NCBI GenBank assembly: GCA_030390025.1 | Contig: CM059432.1 | Span: forward strand, 93,126,001 to 93,190,000 | Length of the DNA: 64,000 nt | DNA from: Squalus acanthias | Lineage: Eukaryota | Direction of reading: 5' to 3' | Shown here: positions 26,193-38,210 of the stretch, piece after piece | How positions within the stretch are numbered: the stretch's first letter is position 1 | Layout: each line of letters begins with the position of its first letter | Made by a program: the position numbers and the translations under genes | Notes under the pieces: model-generated | Told to the model about the DNA's origin: nothing | Seen by the model: the letters and a program-made list of their open reading frames with translations, nothing else | The model's database searches: none

Positions 26193-26293
26193 CCCAAGTG
26201 GATGGTGCGAATATGTTTCTGGATCCCTGCAGAAGTGCTCAGCACCTTTCCACAATTCTTCCATAAACACTTGAACATAACTTTCATGGAGTT
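26193..26293 (-). CDS. ZNF704: ZNF704-like C2H2 zinc-finger exon
   Basis: acag acceptor, gtaag donor; 101 bp, phase 0 to phase 2. Encodes [34 protein letters not shown]. Confidence 0.93.
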
Positions 26294-26419
26294 CTGTAAA
26301 ATAAAAGATAATAGATTAAAAGTTTCCTGTGTCATTGAAATTCTGCTATCCTGGGATCTAACCTGATAGCAGACATGTAAAATGATCCAAATAAGTGGTG
26401 TGTATGAGGGAGACAAAAT

Positions 26420-27030
26420 TGGAAGTTTGCAAGGACTGATAGGCCATGGGTGGGCTTTTGAGGAGGGAGGTGATAATTACGGTTTTTAACAGGAGGCGGA
26501 CAGGACTCGAGAAGAGGGAACCATTTACAATGTCAACTAGCATGGGGGCCAGGAAGGGAAACTGGGTGGTCAGCAGTTTAGTGGGAACAGGGCCAAGGGA
26601 GCAACATGTGGCGGGTGGGGGGTGGCTCTTCGACAAGAGGGGTGATAGGAGAGAAACTAGAGAAAGATGTGGGTTTAGGGCTAGGGCAGAGTAGCTTGGG
26701 AGGGAAGTTTGGCTTGGTGTGCAAAGGGGATGGGCAAAGCAGCAGAAGGGTTGGCCTCAATCCTAGTGACAAAGAAGTCCATGAGCTCCTTGCACTTACT
26801 GTTGGAGGTGAAGGTGGAGGGAGCAGTGGAGAGGGGTTTAAGGAGGTGGTTACTAGTGGAGGAAAGAAGCCGGGGAGACCATACCAAGGGGAATGTCCAC
26901 GATGGGAGAGAGTAAAGGCTTTACTGGGGATAAGGGCATGAAAGGTGGAGGAGAGGGAGTGGATAAGTAGATCGACAGGAGTACTGTGGCGAATGAAAGG
27001 TCAAAGACTGGTCAGTTGGCAGCTTGAAAG
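26420..27030 (-). mobile_element. L2 LINE fragment
   Basis: PTKLLTTQFPFLAPMLVDIVNGSL and PRLLSSTSNHLLKP...KCKELMDFFVTRIE, L2 ORF2-like. Confidence 0.7.
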
Positions 27031-28110
27031 TGCAACTATAAATTACGTGAGGGAGAGTCTTTTCCAGGGCAGTCGCAGAAGGAAGAGAAATAGCGAAGGG
27101 AAAGGAATAGTCAAGGACAAGGATACTGACCAGAAAATAGCAAATAATCGTGATATAAAAAGAGATCTTTTAAATAGAAAGAAAAATTGGCAAACAGAAC
27201 TATAGTTCAGCAATGGGGAAATACTTAAATAGGATATGGAAAGGATACAAATCAGGGATATTGAGTAAGGGAAAAAGGGTGTGTATCCAAAGGCTAGGGT
27301 TCCATGGCTGAATGGGGAGATTACATCAAAGGTATTTACCACTTATAAGGCAGACAATAAAAAAGAAACCAGGATAAATGTAAAAGATTTAAAAAAAATC
27401 AAAAGCTGAAGAGTATGAGAGAAAATTAGCAAACAACATGAAGGACAATAAAAGAGCTTTTTATAAGCACATTAGTAGCAAGAGAATAGCCAAGATTGGA
27501 GTAGAGCTGCTAAGAAATGAAGGAGGCAAGCTTGTAGTGGAGAATGAAAGAATGGCAGCGATATCAAATAAGTACCGTGCCTCAGTTTCACCGAGGAGGT
27601 AGATAGTGGGATTGTAGAACCATCAGAGGTGGTAGTAGAACAGTTAATGGCAGTCTCTATTCAAAGACAGATTTTTTTAAAGAAGTTAATCAAATTTAAC
27701 ATCGCCAAATCACTGGGACCTGATAGTTTACAACTGAGCATCCTGAGGGGAACTAGAGAAGAAAGAGCAGTGGCTCGAACTGTAATTTTCCAAAATTCAC
27801 TGGAATGGCAAATTGTGCCAGAGGACTGATGGGTGTCAAAACAAAAGGAGACAAGGATAAGCCTGGGATTTACAGGCCAGTCAGTTTTACTTCAGTTGTT
27901 GGTAAACTACGACAGGATGAAATCACTTAGCATTTGGAGAAACATTCATTAATCAGAGCCAGTCAGCACAAATTTCAAAAAATGCAACTCATGATTAATT
28001 TACCTAAGGGAATTCTTTGAAGAAATAACAGAGGATAGATAAACGGATTGCAATGGATGTGGTTTATATGAATTTACAAAAAGCATTTGATGAGATACCA
28101 ATTAATATTT
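27030..28110 (+). mobile_element. Old CR1 ORF2 fragment
   Basis: Degenerate KSLGPDSL, IFQNSLE, YRPVSFTSVVGK and KAFD motifs. Confidence 0.7.
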
Positions 28111-29739
28111 CTAGGATTTCAGAGGGAGGTGGAAAGCAAAGCTGCACTTGCATTTGCAATAGTTGTTACAAGGGAACCCTGTAAAGGTGATTATTAAGAG
28201 CTTGATCTGGGACCCTCCTCAGATTCGGGAGTCTGAGGGGTGCCTGGCAGTAAGCTGAAGACAGGCCTGAAAGTAAGTAGGCTTTAAAAAAAAATTGCAG
28301 GTTTTCTTGCATCTCTTCAGCAGCAGCCAGAAGGCTCCGAGGCTACCAACTAAGCACTTGTAGCTAAGCACCTTTTTCATTCCCAGTTTACCAGCACTAG
28401 ACTCAGCCAGAGAGCTGGCCTATGCCGGGAGTGCCACTAGGCACCATGTTAATGGCTCAGGACAGGTGCACTTGGGCCTGGATAGACGTAGTGCTCTTTG
28501 GGTTCGCTGAGTCATGCTGAGGTACTCTTCCATGGGTGCTGACAATATCTCACCCAAACAGTCGTTTGTCCTCTGTGAGCCCAAACAGCGAGGCCCCAAA
28601 ATTGATGGTGGAAGTATGGTGGAGTCCCCCACCCTAGCCTTGGGCCAGAGACCCCTTCCCAAATCCCAGGGATGGGGTCATTTGCATAGCCAGGGTGAGC
28701 TACTAGTGCCTTCAAGGGTGCATCACAACCACTCTGCCTGAGGTCTCTCTAGACCCAATAGGGCCAAAGAGTAAACTTTTTGGTGTTCAGCTCTAAAAGG
28801 AGCCATTTTGCCTCCAGTCAAGATGATTGATCCCCTTCGTTACCTTGGTCTCGGTAAGGAATGGGGCTCTCGGCTGGCGTGAGTTCCACTGAAGCCTTTC
28901 GAGGGTGTAAAGGACAGAACCTCCCCGAGGGTAGCCCGGGAATTCATCCGACATTCCCCCTTGATTTACCTATAGTAGCCCACTGGAATTGAAAGGGCCA
29001 CTCTGAACGGGGCAGAATCTTGGCAAAAGTGGAGTTTGCCTCAAGTTCCTGACCCTCGCCCTCTGGGACATAAATCAGGCTTTTCACCCTCGGCAGCACC
29101 AGGATTTCTGGGGCCTGAGTGTCAACAAGCCATTCAATTATCAGAAGCAGCACATTTAAGCCTAATTCTATCCTCACCCAACAAATCACACACAGGTGTT
29201 CTTCAGCGACCGACTACAGAAACCCTGACTGATTTCCTGCTCCCCCCCCCATCCCCCCCACAACAGCCCGGGGAGTGAGATCAATTGTAGCACCCACAAT
29301 GCTGTCTTGGCTATAAAAAAAAGAACTCATCAGAAACCAGTCTGTAAGTCTCAGTACCACAAAACATGGTTCAATTAACCATTGAGCCACTGGGGGAATC
29401 ACAAGAAGCCATTTCTATCTTTCAACTCTCTACTCTCAGGTTTCCCTTCTGAAGGGTCTGGAATGACTTAGCTGAAGGTAGCTCTATAGGTCTAATTGCA
29501 ATGTTCTCTCTGGATTCCCCGGTCGACGCACTGTTGTCAGACCCAACATCAGGCAGCAATTTGCTTCTCCGAACAGCTGGTCATTCAACAAAGTCTGAGC
29601 GTATTGTAGTGATTATGCTGGGTTGTCAATTTAAAACATTTACTTCAGGTCATCAGCAAAAGCATGAGGTTTGGCAACTGAAAACTGAACAACAATGTGC
29701 ATTTATTGAGCATCTTTAACATAGAAAGCCACTTAAAAG

Positions 29740-31315
29740 AGGCGTAAGGAAAAAAATGGATGCCAAGACAAAGAAGGAGTGACCAAAAGCTTGGTCAAAG
29801 AGATGAGTTTTAGGGAGGGCCTCAAAGGAGGAGAGGGAGGTGGAGAGGTGTTTAGGGAGGGAATTCCAAAAAATGAACCATAGTAGGCTGAAGGCACAGC
29901 TGCCAATGGTGGAGCGAAGAAAATGGGTACACAATAGGCTGGAGTCAGAGAAACGGAGATTCGGGTAGGGTTGTAGGACTGCAGGAGGGGCAAGATCATG
30001 AAGGAATTTAAACACAAGGGTAAGAATTTTAAATGAAAGGTTTTGGGGAATTGGGAGCCAATGCAGGTCAGGAGGACAGGGGTAATTGGCAAGGGTGATT
30101 TGGTGCAGGATAGGATTTGAATAAGCACTAGTTTACAGAGGGTGGAGAATGGGAGTCCTTCCAGGAGAGTATTAGAATAGTTGAGTCTGGAGATGACAAA
30201 GGTATGGATGAGGATTTCATTGGCATATGGGCTGAGGTAGGGGTGAAGGCAAGTTGAGGGATGCTATGGAGGTGGTAGTAGGTGGTCTTTGTGATGGAGA
30301 GGGTATGAGTTCAGGTTGGGTTTGAATAGGACGCCAAGGTAGCAAACAGTCTGGTTCAACCTGAGACAGTGGCTGGAAGGGGCATGGGTCTAGACCCCTC
30401 AATTTTAATCATCTCCATCAAATCACCCTTTAATCTCCTCTGTTTTAATGAAAACAGCCCCAATTTTTCTAGTCTTTCTATTCATTAGGATGCTGCCTGG
30501 TGTGTGAAAATACAAATACAGTTATACTCTCTATTGTCTCAACATCCTTCCTATAGTGTGGAGCCCAAAACTGCAAACAGTATTCCAACTGTGATCTTAC
30601 TATGGTTTTATTTAGATTGACCATTACACCTCTTGCCACAAAACTGAGTATTCCATTAGCGTTTTTATGGTCTTATCCACTTGAGGTGCTGCTTTTAACA
30701 TCTTATGAACCTAAATTCCCAAATCCCTCTGCTTTTCCACATCACCCAGCTTTTCCAGTCATTTTTTTAAACTAAAATTTACCACCTACATTTACTGAGA
30801 TTGAATTTCATCTGCCACTCCCCCCACCCCCACCGCCCATTCTACCTGCATGTAGATGATGAAGAGGAGGAAGTCAAGGATAGATCCTTGGAAGCCTCCC
30901 AAAGTGATGGTGTGGGGATAGGAAAACTAATCCAGTAAAGATACTCTGGCTACAATCGGATAGGTTAGACTGGAACCAAGTGAGGCCAGTCCTGCTGAGT
31001 TGGACAATGGAAGAGAGGCTCTGGAGGACAACAGTGTAGTTGACTGTGTCCAAGGCTGCAGCGGTTGAGGAAGACGAGGATGATAATGCATAACAGTTAC
31101 AGTCACACAGGATGTCATTCGCGACTTTGGTTAGGACAGTTTCAGTAACATGGGAGGGGCAGAGATCTAATTGGAAAGATTCAAACAGAAAGTTATGGGA
31201 GAGACAGGCACAGATTCGGGAGCAACCGTTCAAATGTTTTGGAAGGAAAAGGGAGGTTGAAGATTAGATGGTAGTTTGCAAGGACAGAGGCAGATGAGTG
31301 AGAGGAAGAACTGGG
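29740..31315 (-). mobile_element. L2 fragments (about 29740-30390 and 30850-31315) interrupted by an old CR1 fragment (about 30400-30820)
   Basis: TETVLTKVANDIL, AALDTVNY, PITPVL and KTHLFDQAF L2 motifs; EYCLQFWAPHYRKDV CR1 motif. Confidence 0.65.
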
Positions 31316-31343
31316 AACTGCATCTGGGGCAACTTAAACATAC

Positions 31344-31573
31344 CTTTCTTTTCCTCGGTATGGGTTCATCAAACAACAGGTTGCTGGATTCTGCTTCGTC
31401 GATGCTGTCATCTGGCTGGATAGCTGCACGGAAAGGTTTGAAGCTGTCGGCTGATAAGGGTGGTGATGGGGTAGATGGATTTGACTGATCACTTGGGGCA
31501 CCCCAGCTCCAGTTGCCACTGCTGCTGTAGCTCGATGACATGTTAGCTCCCTCCTTCCAAGAACCGTTTTGAT
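31344..31573 (-). CDS. ZNF704: ZNF704-like internal coding exon (Ser-rich region, basic NLS-like RKRK)
   Basis: acag acceptor, gtatg donor; 230 bp, phase 1 to phase 0. Encodes DQNGSWKEG...[22 protein letters not shown]...[12 protein letters not shown]. Confidence 0.92.
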
Positions 31574-31740
31574 CTGTTACACAAAATGCAGCAGAAATTC
31601 TCATTCAACAGGTGCATCATTTGTAACACACAGTACATTGCATAACCTCCAGTAACGTTGTGATGTTACCTATGTCACAATGGAGTAGATTTTCACCTGG
31701 ACGGTAAATTGGTAATCTCACACAATGTGTTAAATATAAA

Positions 31741-32509
31741 GGGCTGGATTTTGTCTTGGGGTCGGGTTGGGGTCGTGTCATCCGCATTTCGTGGTTCCCC
31801 CCCGACTCCAGATTAATGTGGATGAATGATGCAATTTTCACTTAATTGGGCAATTGAGTTCCAGTATGTGGGAACCCATGAACTAATTAGTGTTTTCAGT
31901 CTGAAAGTCGCCTCTGATGATGTCATCATTGCTGACTGCCTAGTCTCAGAGACTGTTGGTGAGAGAGGACCTGCGTGGCTTGCTTTTGATGTGAGTGGAC
32001 CTGGATGCAAAAATGGGGTTGAGAGAGAGAGAGAGAGAGAGGGAGAGAATTTTTTTCCATCCAAGTCCTCTCACAGCAAAGGCCAGGCAGTCTCTGAACA
32101 CATTCAATGCAGCAGCATCAGAGGCGACTTTCAGACCTAATACTACTACTACTTTCATCACATCTCCGTTGTAATAGTGGACCTGCAGCTCATAGTCAGC
32201 TATCCACTTGTGCTCCCGCCAGGTTTCACTGGAGTGTTTCACACCAGGTGTACTTCACGTCAGAAAAGGATTAAACTAGCTAAAACGTTTCAAAATGGCA
32301 TTACACAGCCAATTTAGGGCTTGTTAAGGGCTTTAATGGCCTCTCCCGCCTCTTGGAGGCGGGACGGAGTCGGGAACCCCGCGACTGATTTTGTCAAAAT
32401 TGCGTGGAGGCAGGATGGAGTCGGGATGGGGTCGGGACCCCCGACCCCGCAAATTTAACCCCCCACACGCCTCCAAACCCGACTCCATGGGTCATTCAAA
32501 ATCCAGCCC
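31741..32509. mobile_element. Harbinger-type MITE (769 bp)
   Basis: TIRs GGGCTGGATTTTG / CAAAATCCAGCCC; AAA on both flanks. Confidence 0.85.
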
Positions 32510-33014
32510 AAAAGGTCACATTGGTCCAATACAGTGTGCTGTTCTAAGGTTTGAGAGTGAAAGCACATTTTCAGGGTACAGTAGAGAGTTTAATTACACT
32601 TGACCTGGGGGTGCTCGATGCTGATTCAGTACATTTCCGAGTACTAACATCCATATATCCATAACCTTGATAGGCACAAAACTTTGTTCAATTTGGCAGT
32701 AAATTAGAAAATGTATATATTTTTTATACATTTAAAGACATGGGGGGCGATTTTCCCATTGGAGGCGGGTTTTGGTTTGGGTGGATTTCAATCCCGCCTC
32801 CACTGAGAAGTGGGAAAAATTTGCGATTTTCCCCTAATTAGCCAGTTACTTTCAGAGGTGTGGGTTCCCTGGGCCAATTAGTATTTTGGGACTGAAACTC
32901 GCCTCTGCTGACGTCACTTATCCAGCTTCATTTAAGGGCTGCTTGCTGCCTTGGCTCATTCCACTGGTTTTTGGTCGATGGTGCACCACCTCCAAACTTT
33001 TATCTCCTTGAAGA

Positions 33015-36000
33015 ATGGCCAACTCCAAGGCAAGGGCCTCCCCGAGGTTCTCAGATGAGGCGCTGGGTATGCTGGTTGAGGGAGCGAGAGCTAGCAGGGA
33101 GGTGCTCTTCCCCTCATCTGGGAGGAAGAGGCCTCCCATAGGAACCAAGGCTGTGTGGGTCCAGCTGGCAAGGGATATAACCTCCAGATCTGTGTGCAGC
33201 AGGACATGGCTGCAGTGCCGTAAAAGGTTCAATGACCTTGTAAGATCAGGCAAAGTGAGTATACCATCAGCTTGACCCTCCTTCTGCTCCCCTTCTCCTC
33301 TCATCACCAGCACCCTGCATTGTCAACTTCCTCCTCCACATCCCACTTTACCCTTACAACCCTTGCACCCTTCAGCATCCCTCTCACTCTATGAACCCAA
33401 TCACTTCACTATTCGACTATGCTGCCCTCACACTCCCTTTCAATGTTATGCAATGACAACGACTAACAACGCACATGGAGGGCCCTTGGACATGGAACCT
33501 CACTCCATCTTTGTCTCCTTCTAAGCATCTATGCTCTGGACTCTCTACACTCACTCCATCATTCTCACTCCAACTCCACTTGTCTCCCTCACTGCAGGAA
33601 AAGAGAGCCCACAATAGAAAGGAAAGGGCGAAGACAGCAGGAGAGCCACCTTCCCTCGCCCTTCTCACCCAGGCTGAAGAGGCGGCCATGGACATCGCCG
33701 GCGCAGAGGTGGAGGTGGAAGTGGGGGACAGACAGACGGGCGATGCAGACCAAGCTGGTGACAGAATAGTTTTGCGTCTCTCTCATTTACACTGCTTGAG
33801 TGACTGAAATGGCTGCTGGTGTACATTGTTAGAATGCCACTTGAGCATCTGCACTATTGCATGTGCATGCCACACTTCCGTCAAATGTCTAACCCATGCC
33901 TTTACTCCCCCACAGGACCATCCACAGAGCCCCACCCCACTGTCGATGAGGAAGAGGCTGAGCAGCAAGACTCCTCAGGGGAACCTGCAACTTCTGAGGA
34001 TGCAGCGTCAGCAGATGTAAGCGCATGCAGCACCAGCGCAGATACGCACACCTCGGTGGGACCTTCGGGACATAGAATAGTGTTGTCACGTGTGTATCAC
34101 ATCTCACAGGTGAACATCAGCAGGTGGTGGAGACAGGGTGTAGAATTTGCAATATATCGCGATTTTATAAATAAGGAGAAAAACACATAGTTTCGTTCAA
34201 ACAGCTTTTATTTCAGCAGAATGCTGTCAGGTTTTCAAAGTGGACACAAGCAGCTTGTAAAATGGCCGCCACGCCTCGTGGCAGAACATTCTAGACTTTT
34301 CGACAGGCAGACAAGATGGCGTTCCAATAAACATTTGTGCAAGATCGATCAAGACTCAGCACATTTAAGATAATACACGAGACATCATGGGTTTGCAGTA
34401 TACACATAAATACTGAAATCGGTCTCCCAGGTGCGAATAAGGGCTATTGTACCAAGTAATCAAGAACCCATCCAAAGACATTAATATGCAAAATCCCAAC
34501 GACTCTACGATGAGAGAGCCGTTAGCGGGTAGTTACAGAAAACATTTGGAAGCCCCAAAACCCCTCCAGGGAGAACACCGACCGATTAAACAATACGAGT
34601 ATCCCCGAAACCCATTAAAACGGAGGTCACCCTATACAAGAAATTTGAGCGCCAAACCCTAACAAAAGAAAAGACATTAAGGTTGGGCGGGAAAAGGAAG
34701 AGTTTTGCACTATAACTGCAAGCTCCAACCGTCCATCTTTCTCTTATTCGGTTGACTCTTATCCTGCTGGCGTTTATCCTCGTGGCTGCTCTTGACTCGC
34801 CGTCCTGTTCCCGCTTGCCTCGTGTCTCTTTTGAAAGACTGTTGAACTTTACGATCCGCCCGGATCTGCCTCGTGGCGTGCCGCGAAGATCTGTGTGGAA
34901 CTGGGCTCTGAAGCCTTGAAACGGGCGCACCATCCCGAGAAGTCGGTAAACGGTGTTGGAACCGAAGGCCCGAGACGAGATGAGACCAGATGAGATGAGA
35001 TGAGATGAGAAGAGAAGACGACAATACATCTCGTCACGGTCAGTAAACCCCGACCGCGCCCGAAATAAAGTGAACTTTGTAGGTTTTGATCGGGAATCCA
35101 AGGTCAACGCAGATCTTCATGACAGCAGACGTTCCAGCCTGCTAGCCGGAGCAGAAACGAGTAAACAAGTGGGGTACAGAGACCCCTGATCGACACGTGG
35201 GTGATCAGGTGCTGCGGTGAAAAACATCCGATCAGAGTTTTCGGAATTCTCCGAGTTATCACGAGTGGTGAGCATGAGTCTCGATCCTACAAATCTAGCT
35301 TAGAGCAGGTATTGATAGGGGAGGGTTTAAGTTTTAAGGATAACTGTAATGTGTGCCCCCATTTACGATGTGTCGTTCGTTCCTCGTTTCCCTGAAATTA
35401 GTTACATAACTGCGTGTAAGATTGTACTGTCATTAATCTGTGCTTATGACATGTATTTCGTAATCTTGAATAATATGCAATAAAGATTTTTCCATTTCGT
35501 ACCATTCAACCGGGTCTACCTGAGTTTTCTCTCCATTACTGCTCTCGCATCTAAGTCCAGTGTCAGAACCGTAAGGGCGAGTGGGTCGAACAGGTGTCTA
35601 GTGCTCCCAGACTGGCTGGAGACCAGAACAGGCGACAAGGCCTAACCTCGCACTAGCATCCAGGCTGCACAGAGCCACACGAATCTCACAGGTTCAGAGA
35701 AACCCTTACAAGGGACAGCAGTGGAGAGTCCTCGTCAGAGGGCGCAGGACTGTCAGAGCTCAGCTCAGCTGCAGGTGGACCCTGTGCCTCTGGGTCCATC
35801 CAGAAGGAGAGCGGTGCTGGAACTCCAGAAGCAGGTGCAGGAGTCTCTGACAGGTTTTGCCTCCAGGGTCACTGTGATTGTGGAGAGGATGGAGGAGTCC
35901 AACTCTAACATGAGCAGTGCCTTTGTGGAGGCAATGGCGCATGAACGCACCACCACGGAAAGGATGGCAACCTCCGTGGAAAGGCTGGCTACGGCCATGG

Positions 36001-36536
36001 ATGAAATAAGTCGCCAGAGTCAGGAAAACATGGTGAATGTTCAGAATAGACTGACATCTCTGGAGGAGCGATGGGCAGCTATTGAGCAGAGAAACCTGAG
36101 CTTCTTGGAAGTCCTTTTGAGTAGGACTGCCAGTGCAGATACGGGTCCCCATGGCCCCCCTGATGTGCAGCAAGGTGCTCTCAAGCCACTTGCAAGCGCT
36201 GAGGTGGACCTGACCTATGAGAGGGAAGTTGGTGGCAGAGAACAAGGAAGTGTGGGCTCCTCTCCAAGCACTCACACTTCCATGCCACTGCGTAGCCCTT
36301 GGTCAGAGCCCCACCAGAGTCCGCACCCAACTGACATGGGCGTCTCAGCCCCTGCACTGCCGCAGGATGAGCAGACGTTTGGCGAGCGCTCACAGGCTCA
36401 GAAACCCAGAGGACGCCCACCAAAGGTGTCGAAGCTGGAGCAGCATGAAAGTGAGCACGGGGCCTCCACTTCTGCTGAAGCCACAGGGGGAGCACCACGT
36501 AGGAGCACGCATAAAAGAAATATAAAGCATCATTAG
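33015..36536 (+). pseudogene. H3 Myb/SANT-like gene (exons 33015-33254, 33598-33757, 33916-36536 interrupted by the LTR)
   Basis: PRFSDEAL...VWVQLA...RTWLQCRKRFNDL motif; phase-compatible introns; C-terminal ORF 35721-36536 homologous to H2. Confidence 0.88.
34139..35710 (+). mobile_element. Solo-LTR-like insertion, 1572 bp
   Basis: TGTA...TACA termini; AGGG TSD at 34135-34138 and 35711-35714; removing it restores the sequence seen uninterrupted in H2; AATAAA at 35479. Strand inferred from the polyA signal only. Confidence 0.8.
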
Positions 36537-36784
36537 TCACAGGGATAGGCACTTGGGTGATTGTTTCTGCTTATTGATGAAATGCCATCCCTGTTTGAAT
36601 GTATTAAAATGAGGTGATGGCAAACTGTTGGCGTGATGGCATCTGTTATTTCGCCATAGGCAGCTCCACATTGCGGGCTCCGCGACACTTGCGTGGTCAG
36701 GTTGGTGGTCAGAGTGAAAGGAGGCCAGAGAGTCATGTCCATTGTCTATCATGTGTTATGAAGGAGCCAAGCACATGTGCCACA

Positions 36785-37960
36785 ATGGGCAACCTGGCCA
36801 GGATGAGTGCATTCCTTGCATCACGGGCAGCCATGTGCTCGCGTGCTGCCGCTGCTGCTGGTAGATACCGCTCAGTCCTCCTCCTCCTCCTCATCTGAGG
36901 AGGCTATGAACTGAGTCACTTGATCATCAGGAAGCTGCAAGCCATGACGCTGTGCCATGTTGTGCAGTGCACAGCAGACCACGACCATTCTGGAGGCCCT
37001 GGCTGCTGAATACTCAACCTGATCTGTCAAGGCATCGGAATCGCATCTTCAGCAAGCCAATGGTTTGCTCGATGATGGACCTGGTCTAAATGTGGCTGGC
37101 GTTGTAGCGCTCCTCAGCCTCATTAGCTGGCCTCCTGATCGGCATCATTAGCCACTTCTTCAGGGGGTAGCCCTCGTCACCAAGGAGCCATCCGTTAAGT
37201 TGGTTTGGCGGATTGAAGAGCGGAGGAACACTAGAGTTCCGCAGGATGAACGAATCATGGCAACTACCACAGAACTTGGCGCAAACATGCAAAATCTCCT
37301 TGTGGTTACACACCAGCTGTACGTTCAAGGAGTGGAAGCCCTTGCGTTTGACAAAGATAGCTGGGTTGTGATGGGGTGCAATCTATGACACCCTGCACCA
37401 TTGGCAAGCCTGCCATATTTGCAAAGCCAACTGAACGCGCGGTTATACTTGCTTGATCCCTTGAGAAGTGGATGTAATTGTGGGCCTTTGCGAAAAGGGC
37501 ATCGGTAACCTGCGTGATGCAACTGTGGGCGGCCGACTGGGAGATGCCGCTGATGTCTGCTGATGATCCCTGGAAGGAGCCTGAGGCAAAAAAGTTGAGT
37601 GCGGTGGTGACTTTGACAGCCACTGGTAAGGGGTGTCCACCCGCTCCTCTGGGCTCCAGGTGTTGGTGCAGCAGTGTGCAGATGTCTCCAACAACCTCTC
37701 GTGAATGCCTCAGCCTCCATTGGCACTGCTGCTCACTCATGTTGAGGTAGCTCATCCTCTGTCTGTAAACCCTGAGAGGGGGGGTATCTCCTGCGGCGAC
37801 GTGCTTCCATGCGCTGGCGCCTTCTGCCCTGTACAGCATCAGGTGGGTGAGCAGGAGGTTGGGGCTCCTGCTGCTGTTCTGCCTGGTTCTGCTGCTGCTG
37901 TCGTGGCTGCTCCTCATCCGAATCTGAGGTCCATGATGAAAGGAAATAAATGGTTCCCAT
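36785..37960 (-). pseudogene. H3 Harbinger transposase
   Basis: MGTIYFLSSW start, GVIDCT, FCGSCHD and LLGDEGY motifs; several frameshifts and deletions. Confidence 0.9.
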
Positions 37961-38210
37961 GCTGCTGGCAGATACCTCCGTTGGGGAAGCGCTCAGTCTA
38001 AGCGGGGAGAAGGTCTTCTAAGGAGGTCCCACAGTTGAGAGATAGAAGCTGCAGCACCTCCGACTTCGGTAGGCCTGCTAAAAGTGCTGAAAGATCTGTG
38101 GAACAAAAGTTCTGCCACCTGCAACTGCTCCCTGATGAAAGCTCCGTTTTAATGGTGGAGCTGCAGCTATGAGGAGGCCACCCACTTGTCAACCCGTCAG
38201 GATTAGCTGG

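Larger units (their letters stand above)
32743..38210. mobile_element. Harbinger transposon H3 (Myb on +, transposase on -), right end lost; carries a solo LTR
   Basis: Left TIR GGGGGCGATTTTCCCA matches the inverted right end of H4; similarity to H4 stops at about 38210. Confidence 0.88.

Noticed and set aside
28120..29290. Possible further Harbinger-like non-autonomous element (similarly 44060-44820 and 3460-3770)
   Set aside because: Only weak end-like motifs; paired TIRs and TSD could not be established by eye.
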